A DNA stretch of 64,000 bases from Cyanophora paradoxa CCMP329 (lineage: Eukaryota > Plantae > Glaucophyta). The stretch covers positions 1 through 64,000 of the forward strand of contig QPMI01000102.1 in the NCBI GenBank assembly GCA_004431415.1. The letters are read 5' to 3'. Under the pieces are notes generated by a model. The model did not search any database and had not been told where the DNA came from. It saw only the letters and a list, made by a program, of their open reading frames with translations. Positions 39,118 through 50,998 of this stretch are shown here, in pieces. The position numbers and the translations under genes were made by a program. Numbering within the stretch: position 1 is the first letter of the stretch; the number at the start of each line of letters is the position of its first letter.

Positions 39118-39337
39118 GCTGGTCAGTAGCGCGCTACTCGCTCCTCACGGCCGCGTAGCCGATTGGCACCGATCCACCCCAGCCTCCCGCAGCGTTATCC
39201 AGCCTCGGGGCTGCTCTAGAGCCTAGCAAAGCTCACATCTTTCGCCCGGCCTGCCTCGCGACCCCGATCAGCTAGATCCGATTCAGTTCGCTGCCCACCC
39301 GCGGCTGACATTCTGCCGCGCGCTCGGCCTTCGCAGG

Positions 39338-40970
39338 TTACCAGCCATGTCGCGCGGACACGTGCGCTCATTCGTGGCGCGGTGGCCGCCCGCAGCCACG
39401 CGGTCGTGCCGCGCGCCCAGTTCTCGACCACGCGCATGGAGGCGTCGGGCTTCAGCGGCAAGCGCGTCTTCCGCGCGGGCATCTGGCGGCGCACGTTCTC
39501 TTCTGAGTCCAACGGCGACTTCGGCACGTCGGGCGGCAGCGGCGGCGGCAAGAACGGCGGCAAGACCCGCACTGGCGGCAGCGGCAACGAGGGCGGGGAC
39601 AACAACGGCGGCGACGACGAGGAGGCCAACTTCTTCAAGCGCCTCTGGCGCCAGTATGAGCGGCTGCTCATCGAGAAGCCGATGGTACGATCCCGCGCGA
39701 CCCGCCCCGCCCCGCCCGGCGCCCTGCGCCCCGCTCGCTCGCCCCGCCGCGGCTCACCCGAGCGCCGCTCCGCAGCTCACGAAGTCCGTCACCTCGGGCA
39801 TCATCCAGGGCCTCGGCGACCTCGTCTCCCAGGTGACCCGTACCCCCCAGCCCCGGCCGGACCCCCGCAGCCCCCGCCGAGCCCCGTACCCCGCCAGCTG
39901 GGCGAGGGCGCGCTGAGCGCGCACCGCCTCGCGGTCATGACCGTCACCGGCGGAGCCTTCGTGGGTCCCGTCCTCGCCGCCTGGTCCGCAGTCCGCTCCC
40001 GTTGCGCGGCGCGGGCCTGACGCGCGCGCGCGCGCCCTCGCCAGGTACTCGGTGCTCTTCCGCCTGCTCCCGGGTACCGGCACCGGCGGCGTCCTCGGCC
40101 GCGTCGCCATGGACCAGCTCGTGTGCGCAGCGTACCCCCCACCTCCCCCCCCGGCCGCGCCGCGCCGCGGGAGGCGGTACCCCCCTGACGCGGGGCGCCG
40201 TCAGCTTCGCGCCCATCTTCACCGCCGCCATCTTCACCGTGATCGGCCTTCTCGAGGGCAAGTCCCTCGGCGATTGCAAGGAGAAGGTACCCGGGGGAGG
40301 GGGTACCCTTTCTTCTTTCGGAAACCGCTGAGCGAGTACCCCCCAGCTCGACCGGGACTGGTGGACGGCGCTCAAGGCGAACTGGAAGGTTTGGCCCCTG
40401 GCGCAGCTCATCAACATGAAGCGCGTACCCCCCCACCTCCCCCCGCCCACCCGCTTCCCCCCCCACCCCCCCACCCCCTAACCTTCCCCTACCCCTCGGC
40501 AGGTTCGTGCCGCAGCAGTTCAACGTCCTCTTCGTCAACCTCGTCGCCGTCGGTCCGTACCCCCCCCTCCGCCCCCCCACCCCCCGCCCCCTCGACCTCC
40601 CCCGTCGACGCGTTCCCCTCCCCTCGCCTTCGTCTTTCGCTCTCGCCCCCTTTCGCTCACCTTGTCCGCCCCAGGCTGGAACGCGTACATCTCGAACCTC
40701 GCCCACAAGGACGACGGCCCCGCCGCCCCCGAGGTGCGCCCTTCCAGGGCGAGGCGCTCGAAGGCGAGGCGGTCCTGCGAGGGCTGTTGGGGGCCGGGGC
40801 CGAGCCGCCCGGCCGCCCGGCCGGCGCTCGCTAGGCGCAGTCTGGCCGAGCCGAGCCGTCTCTGACGCCCCTCCCCGCCCCCGCACGCGCAGGCCGGCGC
40901 CAACGAGGAGGCCGAAGGCGGCCACGTCAACCCGCCCCCGGCGCCCGCCGCCGCCCCCGCGAAGCCTTAA
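39338..40970 (+). CDS. Mpv17/PMP22 family membrane protein with presequence-like N-terminus; start codon not located
   Basis: WRQYERLLIEKPM-LTKSVTSGIIQGLGDLVSQ, MDQLV-FAPIF, LKANWKVWPLAQLINM-FVPQQFNVLFVNLVAV-GWNAYIS. Confidence 0.9.
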
Positions 40971-41156
40971 GCCAAGGACCCGGTCCCATCGGGTCGGTCG
41001 AGGGCAGTTAGGGGTGCGACTCCGGCAGCGCGGGGTCTGCGGTAGCAAGTACGGCCAGTTTCTCTCGTAATATAATGCAGGATCTTTGAATGCACAGATC
41101 CGGAAGGCAGGGAGCAGAAGGCTGCGCGTGCGTGTGTGCACGGGTACGGGTGCGGC

Positions 41157-42640
41157 CTACGTCGCCGCGTCTCCTCCGGCCCCGCCCGCCTCGGGATCCG
41201 CCTCGGACTTCTGGGCCGGCGCCGGTGCCGGCCTGGGCCGCTCCGGCGGGCCGATGGGCCCGATCATCTCCCCCTCGCCCTCGCCCGCCGCGCCCTCCTC
41301 CTCCTCGGCCGCCGCCGCCGCCGCGGAGACCGACGGGACCGCCTGCTTCTTCTTGGCACTAGGGCCCTCCGCCCCGTCGGCGTCGCTTCCCTGCGAGTAG
41401 TAGGATCAGATTCGGATCGAGGTGGGAGGGGCGAAGCAAGGCATGGCGCACCTCGCCCCCCGCATCGCCCTCGCCCTCGCCCTCGCCGCCGGCGGCCGCC
41501 GCCTTTCGCTTCGCCGCGTTCGCGCCGCCGTCCGGCCGTTTCTGCGGTCATCCGGCTAAGCGAGCGGATCCGGCTGAGCTCGCCCCGCTCGCCCCCGCAG
41601 CAGCCGTCCAGGCTCAGCCATGCAGCGGATCCAGCTAAGCTCGGCACGCCCGCGCGCCCCGCCCCGCCCCGCCCGGCGCGCGCACGCTCTGCTTGGGCTT
41701 GGCAGCCTCCTCCAGCACGTGCCTGACGTCCGCCGCCTTCGCCACGTCCACCGGTCGCTTCCCGTGCTTGTCCTGCGCGACAGTGCGGGCCGGTGAGCGG
41801 CCTGGGAGGGAGGAGGGGCCCGGGCGCCGCGCGCCTTGTAAGTCAGGTTCGCGCGGTGCTTGAGCAGGATCTGCGGACGGCGGCGTAAGAGGAAGAAGGA
41901 TTCGATGGATTGGAAATACAAGGCGCGCCTGGATGACTTCTAGGTGGCCTTTCATAGCCGCCAGGTGGAGCGCAGTTTGCTGCCGGCGGGAGCTGAGACG
42001 GGGCGGGGCGGGGCGGAGCGGCGAGAGAGGGCGGAGGCGGCGAGCCGAGCCGCGCGCCTTCGTCTTCGAGTTCTGCGCGTTGATCTGCGACCGCTTGTCG
42101 TCCGCGATCGCCGCCACGGCGCCCGCGTGCCCGCCTTGGCTGCGGCGCGCGGGCCTCGTTTCGGCCAGCCGCGCTCTCCTGCGATGGCGCGCGGGAACGT
42201 ACCTCGCGAACATGAGCGGAGTGACGTCGTCGGCCGCCTTTGCGTTCACGTCTGCCCCCGCCTGCGCAGCTGGCCTCAGCGGCCGTGCCAAACCAGCTGC
42301 AGCAGCGCGGCCCGCTCGCCTGCAGGAGGGCCTTCACGGCTTCAGCCTTGCCAGCCCACGCAGCCATGTGCAGAGCAGTGCGCTGCGAGGTTCGCACGCG
42401 TCTGCGATGAGCGCGGGGGCCTCGAGGATGCTCGGCGCGGCACGTACATTCAGCTTGTCGCGTGCGTTGATCTCCGCTGCGCTCGGAAGCGTCATTCGTG
42501 CGTCGCGGGATGCGGCGAAGCTGGCAGGGGCCCGTACTGTTCTCGTCCGTAACGAGCTCCTTGATCCGGTCCACGTCGCCCGCCCGCGCCGCTCCGTGCA
42601 GATCCAGCCCGCCGGCCGGTGCCGCCGCTTCCTCGGACAT
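41157..42640 (-). CDS. Ankyrin-repeat protein
   Basis: LHGAARAGDVDRIKELV, RTALHMAAWAGKAEAVKALLQAGADVNAK, VTPLMFAS-QGGH, QTALHLAAMKGHLEVIQ-ILLKHRAN, DKHGKRPVDVA, then a low-complexity charged tail. Confidence 0.9.
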
Positions 42641-42826
42641 CGCAGAAGGCTCGCGAGGCTGGCGTTGACGAGTTCGTGCCGCTCCGGGGGGGTTCACCAA
42701 ACTTGGGCTTCAAGCCGAACGGCCCTCGCCGAAATGTAGCTAGCGCCCAGCTCGGCCAGCTGACCATCTCCGGGCTTCAGGATGCTGAAGATAAACGTTA
42801 GCTAACGTCAGGGAGTGCGGGGCGAG

Positions 42827-45800
42827 ATGCGGGGATCGGCCGCGCTGGTGCTGCTCGCCGCAGCGGTGCTGCTGTGGCTGGCTGGCGTGGCCAGCGGCCA
42901 GACACCAACAGCCGCATCCTCGACGGATCGATACAGCTACGCCACCGACCGCGCGTGCGGATCCCTCTTGAACTCGACCGCGAGGACGTGCGGGAAAGCG
43001 GGCTGGCGCTGCGTCGAGACCTCCGGCGGGCCCGCCTGCGTGGATTTCTCGTGCGCACGCTCCCCGCGGTCGTCTTCCCCCGCCTCCGCCGCGCCGACCC
43101 CTGCGCGCCGCCGCAGCTGCGCGTCGTTCACCGCCGGCCGCATCTACACCGCCCCAGCCTCCCTAGGCTCCCTCGTTGCGGTGCGCGGCCCACAGGCGAC
43201 AAGCGTAGATCGAATCCGCCGAGCGGCGGGGCGCCGGCGTGCGGGCGCAGGTGCAGTTCACGGTCCAGAGCTCCTGCACCGGGGGCGGCCTCTCCGGCCT
43301 CTCTCTCGGCCAGGTCTGCTTTGCGGCCGCCCAGGCTCCCCTAATCCTCTACCCCCTTCCATCTTCTCTCTCACGCGCAGATCGCCGCGTGGGAGGGCAG
43401 CGACGACCCGTCTCCCCTCCCCTCCTTCGGGGCCGCCCTCTCCGGATACGGCGCGCCTCTCGCCTTCCCGTACCCCCCTGCATCCTCTTACCCCCCCCCC
43501 CATTCCAGGATACGGCTTCCTCTGGGAAGTCCTGCTGCTGGTGGACGCGAGCGCGAACTCGGCGGGGGCGGCGCCGCGCCTGGCCGAGGCGTCCCGCCGC
43601 TTCCTCGCCGCCGCCCGCGCCGGCGACTCCCTCGCCTCCCTCGCCATTGGGACCTTCGCGTCCGGACCGGTGCGAATTTGATCTGATCTCGAATCCGAAC
43701 CGCGAATTTGATCTCTGATTAACCCGGTACCCCCGCAGGCCGTGAACCTCCTGGCCGACTTTTCCGCGCCCTCCTCCCCCTCCCTCCAGATCGCCGCGGA
43801 CCGTATACCCTCCCTCATCTCGTGCGCGGCCCTCAGTCTGGGCTCTGTTCGATGGTTAATGAAGCCGTACCCCTCGTTACAGGAACGACTCCGCTCTGAA
43901 CCTCTACGGCGGTCCGCGCTGCGCCGTACCCCCTTCCCGCATCTCCTAACCCCGCTCCCGATCTCACCACTGTACCCCCCTCCAGGCGTCCTCCGCGGCC
44001 TCGCGCTCCTCCAGGACCGCCTCGCTTCCAGCGTTCGTCGTACCCCCGCGGGATGCATGTACCCCCTCCGACGCCTTCCCGCTCGCAGGCCCGATCCAGC
44101 CTCTCCCGGAGGGGCCTTTTGGTGGTGTACGCCTCTCAGGCGCGCATTCTGTAAAACCCTATCACCGTTTCTTGCTTCCGTTGATCCTGTACCCCCGCAG
44201 GACGACGGGGCGGGCTGGGCGGACCGGGCGGCCGCTGTGGAGGCCGCCCGCGCCGCTCGCGTCGCGAGGTTCGCCGTACCCCCCTTGGCTCACCCCCCCT
44301 TTCGAAGTCCCGAGCGCCGCGCACCCGCAGCCCCGCGGTCGACGTCTACACGGTGGGGCTCTACCCCCCTCGGCGCCGCAGGAGGCGCGGCGCACGCCGC
44401 GGGGCCCTCTCCGCTGTACGCCCCGCCGCCTCCCGTCCCTCTACCCCGCCCCAACTCGGCGGCAGGCGTCGTACCCCGGGATCCTCTCCTCCCTGGGCTT
44501 TGGGGGTAGCACAGTCGCCCCCGACGCCGCCACCCTCCCCGCAGCCTTCCTCGAGGTGGGTACCGCATTTCTCTCCTGAAAGGGCCCCGCCCGGATTCGA
44601 ACCCGGGATCTGCAGGCGGCCTCCGCGGTCTCGGCCAACGCGTCGTCCACGTACGTGTTGACGTACTGCTCTCCCAAGCGCGCCCCGCGCGCGGTACCCC
44701 TCTCCGTACGCACGCCCCGCTCCAAGCATCTCGTACCCCCCAATGCCTAATCCCCCTCGCAGATCGGCCTCGCCCCGGCCTCAGGGACCGGCCGGCCCCC
44801 CGCCCCGCCCGCCTCAGTCGCGCTCTCCTTCAACTCTACCCTCTTCTCGTGCGCTGCGTCGACGCCGTACCCCCCACCCTCTCTTCTAAGAATAGCATCG
44901 CCCCCAGGCCGGCGTGTAACGCGGGGACGGACGCGTGCGCTGTGTGCGCGGCGGCGGGCTGGCGGTGCCCTGCCTGCGGCCTGGCGCTCGCCGTGCGGCT
45001 GGCCAGCAACGCATCCTCCAGCGGCGGGGGCGGCACCTCTTCCGGTACCTCCCCCCTTCCTTCGTACATCGCTGGCCGGCAGCGCCGCGCTGACTTTTAT
45101 CTGTCTGTCCGTCTTCTTCGGGGCGGCAGCCGGGGGCTCGACAGCCGGCGGGAGCGGCGGCTCGACCGGCGCGTCGGTCGCGCCCTCCGGCAGCGGCGAG
45201 GTCTGCCGGCCTCCCCAAGAGCTCCTCCCCCCTCGACCCCCCGCTCGCCCTCGCTCACGCCCCCCCCTCCCCCCCCCTCCCCCCAGGTCTGCCGCTCGAC
45301 GGAGAACCTCCTCTCCTCGGGCGAGTGCGCCCCGCGCTGGGCCGTCGCCCTCGCCGTGCGCGCACCCCGTGTACCCCCACCTCCTCCTCCCCCCCCCAGG
45401 GCCTGCCAGGCTCAGCCTCCTCCCCCCCTCTCCAGGTCCTGTTCCCGCTGCTGGCGGTGGGGACGTGCTGCTGCGGGGCGCTCCTCTGGTACCGGAGCCG
45501 CCGCCTGCGGCAGGAGGCGCGCCGCGAGGGCAAGGCTCCCGGCCCGCCGCAGCAGCCGCCGCCGCCGCGCAGGCGCCTCCGCAGGGGGCGGCGCCGGCCA
45601 CCGGCTCAGAAGGACAGCCTCAGCCTCAGCCTCAGCCTCAGGCCCAGGCCCAGACGCAGGCGCAGGCGCAGGGCGGCAGCCCTTCGCGGAAGGACGCCAG
45701 CTTTGCGAAGCTGCTTCGGGAGGACGCGAGGGGGCTCGCCCGGGCCGCCCTCAAGCTGGCAACCCTCGAGCCGCCCCCGCCCCGCCCCAGCCCCAGCCGA

Positions 45801-46405
45801 CTGCGCCGCCCGAGGCGGCGCCGGCCTCGCCTCCGCACGACGAGGCGGAGCCGCTGGCTGAGCGGAGCGGCGGCGGCGCCGGCGGCCGCGTCGCCCGCGC
45901 CCTCGCGCCGTTCCCCGCCTCGGCCCTCCCGCGCGCGCCGCCCGAGAGGGGGGAGGAGGGCGAAGGGGGGTACAACGACGTCGACGACGACGGGCCGACG
46001 GAGGCGGAGATCGCGTCGCTGGACCTGCGGAGGGGTAGCCCCCCGCGGGGCCCGGCCCCCGTCGCCCCCCGGGACCTTCCCCCCGGCCCCTCCTCCGAGG
46101 AGCCTCCGAGCCTCGGCCTCTTCGACGATCCGTGGGGGCACGGCGCCGGTCGCAACGACGCGTACCCCCCGCCCGGCGAGAACGGGTACCGGGGCTTCGG
46201 CGTGGGGTACGACCCCGAGCACGCGCCGGTCCGGTACCCCCCGGCGCGGCGGGCGACGCAGCTCCCGCCCCTCATCTCGCCCAACTGGCGGCCGGGCCCG
46301 CGCTCCTCGCCGCACCGGCTGCGGCGGAGCGGGCAGTGGGACCGGGAGCGCGGGACGGGCGGCCCGCGCAGCGACCCCAGCCTGGCGAGGAACCCTTACA
46401 TCTGA
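42827..46405 (+). CDS. Type I membrane protein: signal peptide, Cys-rich segments, vWA-like domain, TM helix, Pro-rich tail
   Basis: Signal peptide MRGSAALVLLAAAVLLWLAGVASG; vWA-like EVLLLVDASANS..LAIGTFAS..LYG..GVLRGLALL; TM PRWAVALA-VLFPLLAVGTCCCGALLWYRSRR. Confidence 0.6.
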
Positions 46406-47113
46406 TCAGCCTTGAATTGCGGCTCCCGCGCTCTTCACATCAGCAGTTGCATTCCGCCCCTGAGGCTCATATGGTGTGAATGACTGACTCATGATCTGTG
46501 AGACAATGTAAAAGTATGCAGAATTGATCATCGTAGTCATTCATTGAATATGCTTAAGCCCTTCGATCATGATCACGAGTCACGATCCGATGATGCCGCC
46601 GGCCGGGCGAGGGGGCTCCGCCCATCATGGCATGGCCAGCCTCCCACCTCCGATCCCCGAGCCGCCGAGCGTCCGTACCCCCGCCCCGAAGGCCCCGTAC
46701 CCCTCTCCCTCCATCCCTACCCCCCGGGCCTCAAACTCCTCGAGCTCCCCCCCCACCCACCCACCCACCCACCCACCCCACTCCCCGAGCTCGAGGCCGC
46801 GGCCGCCCGCGCGCCCCGCGCCGAACCGCTACGTTTGTGTCATTGTAATTACCGCATTCGGAATGATTTCGTTACAATTCTTTGTTACTAAGTTAATCGA
46901 ATAGAAAGAGAGTTCACTGCTGCTGCTGCTGCCAGCTACTAGGCTAGCTATGCCGAGAAGGCCCGCACGCGGCTGCAACAGTGACTGGGTACCGGTATAT
47001 CGTCTTATTTAGATAAGCTATAAGCTTTCTAGAACCAAGCTAAAACCTTCCGTGCAAAACGAAGAACAGGAAGCTTTTAACTAGCAAGCTTTTTTTAGCG
47101 ATAGCTGGTGGGC

Positions 47114-49284
47114 TCACATAATGAGGCAGGCCGCGCTGCGCTTGGCGCCCCCCTTGGCCGGGGCTGGAGCCTTGCCGCCCGCGGGGGCCGGCGCCGGCCC
47201 CGGGGCCGGGGGCACCAAAGCAGCAGCGGCAGAGGACGCGGGCCGAAGGAAGGCGCGCAGGCCGGCGACGAGCTCGCCGGCCGCCGCGTCCACTGCCGCC
47301 GCCCCCTCCCCGCGCTGCATCGTCCAGTTCACCGACGCCAGCATCATCTGATGAGGATGAACATAAGTCAGGCCGGGCGAGAGCGCGGCAGGACGCAGAG
47401 GCGGGGGCGGGCGTGCCTCGTAGTCCACCGGCAGCTTGGCCGTCTTCGGGTCGACGAGCCACACTGCCAGCAGCCCGAGGGTGAGGTGGGGTACAAGGTG
47501 CGGGATAGGCGCGGCGGGCAGGCGCGCACCGGGGAACTTGGGGATGCGCAGCTTGTGGTGGGCGAACTGCATCTGCGGGGGAGGTCAGGCGCGCAGCCTG
47601 GCCCTGGCACGGCCCTATGCACCTCGTCGTCGCAGTTTTGGGAGCCGATGTATGCCGGCGAGAGGAAGCAGAGGAAGGTGCGGCAGCGCTGCATCGCCTC
47701 CTGCGCCCGCCGCGCGCCCCGCAGCTCAGCTCAAGGGGAGGCTGGTACAGGGTAAAAAAGGGGGGGGAGGCTGCGCGGGCGAGCGCACCCCGATCTTGGC
47801 CATCCATTTCTGGCCCGCCATGAGCTCGCGGTCGACCCTGGGCGGGTGCGTGAGCGGAGGGCGTGAACGGAGGGGCCCCGGAGGGGCGGGGGCGGGAGGG
47901 GGGGAGGGGGGGGAGGGGGAGAGGGGGCGGGGGGGAAGGCGGACCAGATCGCAAGGCCGGCGGCCTCGAGGGCGTCGCAGTAGCGCAGGACGAGCGCCGC
48001 GTCCACGTGGGCGTAGCTGCGCGGAGGCGTGAGCGCCGGCTCGGGCAACAAGCGACAGGTGCGGCACCTCACGAAGCAGTCCCAGGCCTTGCCGTCGGCC
48101 GCCGGCTGCAGCGGGGGCGGGTGCTGCGGGACCGCAGCTGCGGAACGGGCTCACGCTCAGAGGCCGGCGGCGGAGCGCTCGTTTGGACGGAAGGACGGAC
48201 CGGGGGCCGGCGGGGCCGAGGCGGCGGGGGCGGGCTGCGGCAGGAGGTGCTGCGGGGCTGCAGCTGCGGGGCCTGCAGTGGGCGCCGCCGCGGGGCGGGC
48301 TCGCGTCGGGAGGCCGGAGAAAGGCTTCAGGGGTGCGGGCGGGGGTACACGGACCGGGAGCTGGCTCGGCCAAGGCAGCGGCGGGGGCCGGGGCGGGCGG
48401 GGCGGCGGGGGCGGGCTGCGGCGGGGGGGTGAAATGCGGGGCGCGGGGGGCGGCGGGGGCGGGGCGGCGCGGCGCACCGCGGGGGAGGGGACGGAAAGGG
48501 AGCGGAGGTAGGACACGACGGCGGCGCACTGGGCTACAGGGTTGGCAATGTTCTCGTTGACGGCGCGGCGGACGGGCTCGGGCCACGAGTCCACGACTGG
48601 GTTGCCTTCCACGAACAGCCGCCCCAGGGCGGCGAGGTGGCCGATCTCCGGCGGCAGCGCCGTCAGCTGGTTCTTGTTCAGCCACAGGTCCTTCAGGGCG
48701 ACGAGACGGCCTATCTCCGGTGGCAGCGCCGTCAGCTGGTTGTCCTGCACGCCCAGCACCTCCAGTGCGCCGAGGCGGCCTATCTCCGACGGCAGCGCCG
48801 CCAGCTGGTTCTCGTGCAAGTACAGCTCCTTCAGGGCGCCGAGGCAGCCGATCTCCGGCGGCAGCGCCGCCAGCTGGTTGTTCGCCACGGTCAGCGACCG
48901 CAGGGCGGCGAGGCTGCCGATCTCCGGCGGCAGCGCCGTCAGCCGGTTGCTGGTCATGAACAGCTGATGCAGGGCGGCGAGGCGGCCGATCTCCGGCGGC
49001 AGCGCCGTCAGCTGGTTGTGGGCCACGCCCAGCTCTTTCAGGGCGGCGAGGCGGCCGATCTCCGGCGGCAGCGCCGTCAGCTCGTTGCAGCTTACGTCCA
49101 GCTTCTCCAGGTTCTTCAGCTTGGCGAGCTCGGCCCCCGGGATGCTCGTGAACTTGTTCTGGGAGAGGTCGAGCTCGCGGATGTTCTCGGGCCCGGCCGC
49201 CGCGATCTTCGCCGCCGGCCATTCCGCCCGCCCCTCCTTCTCCAGGAGCAGCCTCCCCGTCTCCGGCATCCATCCAGAGCCCAT
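47114..49284 (-). CDS. Soluble LRR + Pro-rich linker + TIR (TIR_2-type) protein
   Basis: Nine 23-aa LRRs in one exon. Spliced C-terminus AWDCFVS-YAHVDAALVLRYCDALEAAGLAIW-VDRELMAGQKWMAKI..EAMQRCRTFLCFLSPAYIGSQNCDDE-MQFA matches the TIR consensus. Confidence 0.85.
48600..49180 (-). repeat. 69-bp coding tandem repeat (LRR array)
   Basis: CCGATCTCCGGCGGCAGCGCCGTCAGC recurs on the + strand with 69-nt periodicity. Confidence 0.9.
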
Positions 49285-50998
49285 GGCCTGCAGCGGACGG
49301 TCAGCTGCAGAAGCGCGCGCGCCGCGGGCTTCTGCAGGTAATCCTTATCCTAGTCGCGCGCGCACCCTCGATGAATCGCTGCCCGCTCAGACTCCGAACT
49401 TCCTCGTGCCAGCTGCAGCTGCAGGTTGCTGCCGCACGCGGGTTCTACCGGCCGGACGCGTCACACAGCGTCAGCGCACGGAGCTGAGCCGGATCGCCTT
49501 GCCGCACGGGCCGCACCAGAGCCGAGCTTTCGAAATCGACCAAGCCAGCACGGTCGACGCGTTCCCTGGAGCTACGGAGCTACGCTGTACGGAGCACGGA
49601 GCTACGATTGAGCTGTTAGCGAGCTAGAGGCGGGCGCACGATGCTTGAAAACCACCCGGGACCGGCTTCGCACCTGCCGCGACCACGATGCTGCGAACGA
49701 AGCGCTGGGGTACGGTCCCACTGATGCCATCGCTTGGATTGCACGCGGAGCGCCGGCGGCAACAATACGTAATTGTCGTTGCAGTCTTTACACTTGCAGA
49801 GGCACCCGTGACCGGCCCGCGACCTGCTTCTTTCTGAAGCGGCCATCCTTCGCGCAGCTTAGCAAGCGCTCCTGTAGGCTACAGCTGCGCTCCTGCTGCA
49901 GGCCTGCAGCTGCGCATTATGCATCGCCCGTCGTCGCCCGGTCCGCGGCGGCGTCAAATCCCGTGCCGTGCGCGTCGAGCGCGGCCCCTCCTACGATTGC
50001 CTTAATCGTCCGCGTCGGCCGCGGCTCTCTATCCTGGCGCGTCTGCAGGTGCCGCAGTGCTGCGCCCTGGGCAGCTCGCCAGCCACGCCCGCGCCGCCCC
50101 AGCGCCCTCTCACGCTCCTCCCGCCCGCGCTTCTTCTCTGCAGCTGCCCTCTGCGTCCCTCTTCGCGGGACAAGGCGAGGAGGCCTAGGCTGGGCGCCGA
50201 CGGCCGACGCCCTCTCGTTTCCCGGCCCGGCCCGCTCGCGTCCTCTCGTTTCCCGCGGCTCGAGCTCGCGTCGACGCCGGCCCTCCGATGTCCACGGAGC
50301 TCCCGCCGGTCCCCGGCCTTCCGCAGAGCGCTCGCCGGTCCCGGGTGCGGCCCAGCCGCGCTTCCACCCCCTCCTCGGCCGTCAAATCTCGTAACCGTGC
50401 CCCCGCCCCACAGGCGCCCACCTACTTTCACCGTGTACCCCCATCATCTCCCCGTTGTTTCCCTTAGGCGTCATCTCGAGCTTCGTCCCCCCGCGAGCGG
50501 GCGCTCAGTTCTTCCTGGGCTCCCTTAGAGGTGGGGTACGCTCGTCTGAGGGAGGGGAGGGGACGCGGCCCGCCACCGTACCCCTCTCGCCCGTCCGCTT
50601 CGCTCCGCCAAGGGCCGCCCGCCCCTCCCCCTTCCCCCCCTCTCGGATCTAGACGAGCGAATTGATGAGCAAACGAGGCGCACATTACTGAAGCCTTGAA
50701 TCATATTATTCTACTAGTACTAGTACACAATACTATGATATAAACATGGAGAAAAAACAGCAAAAAGCGAAGAAGGAGGATTGGGGGTAAAGGAGGAGGG
50801 GGGTACAGGCACGTGTCCGGGTCAGACCCCCGAGGGCCCCTGAGTCGAAGGCGGAGAAAAAAAACACCCAGCAGGGACTACAAACTAGGAAAAAGAAGCG
50901 GACGGCTCGATGGCCTATCAGATCCTCAGGGAGGGGTATGCCGGCGGCTGGAGCGGAGCGGACGACGGGTATGAGAAAAAGGAGAGGAATAGGCGTCG

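Noticed and set aside
15-44615. tRNA genes at GGTTCGAATCC-like motifs
   Set aside because: No acceptor stem, D-arm or anticodon arm could be folded around them; most lie in introns.
49300-50700. Coding sequence between the LRR-TIR gene and gene A
   Set aside because: Low-complexity sequence with no recognisable domain or consistent exon structure.
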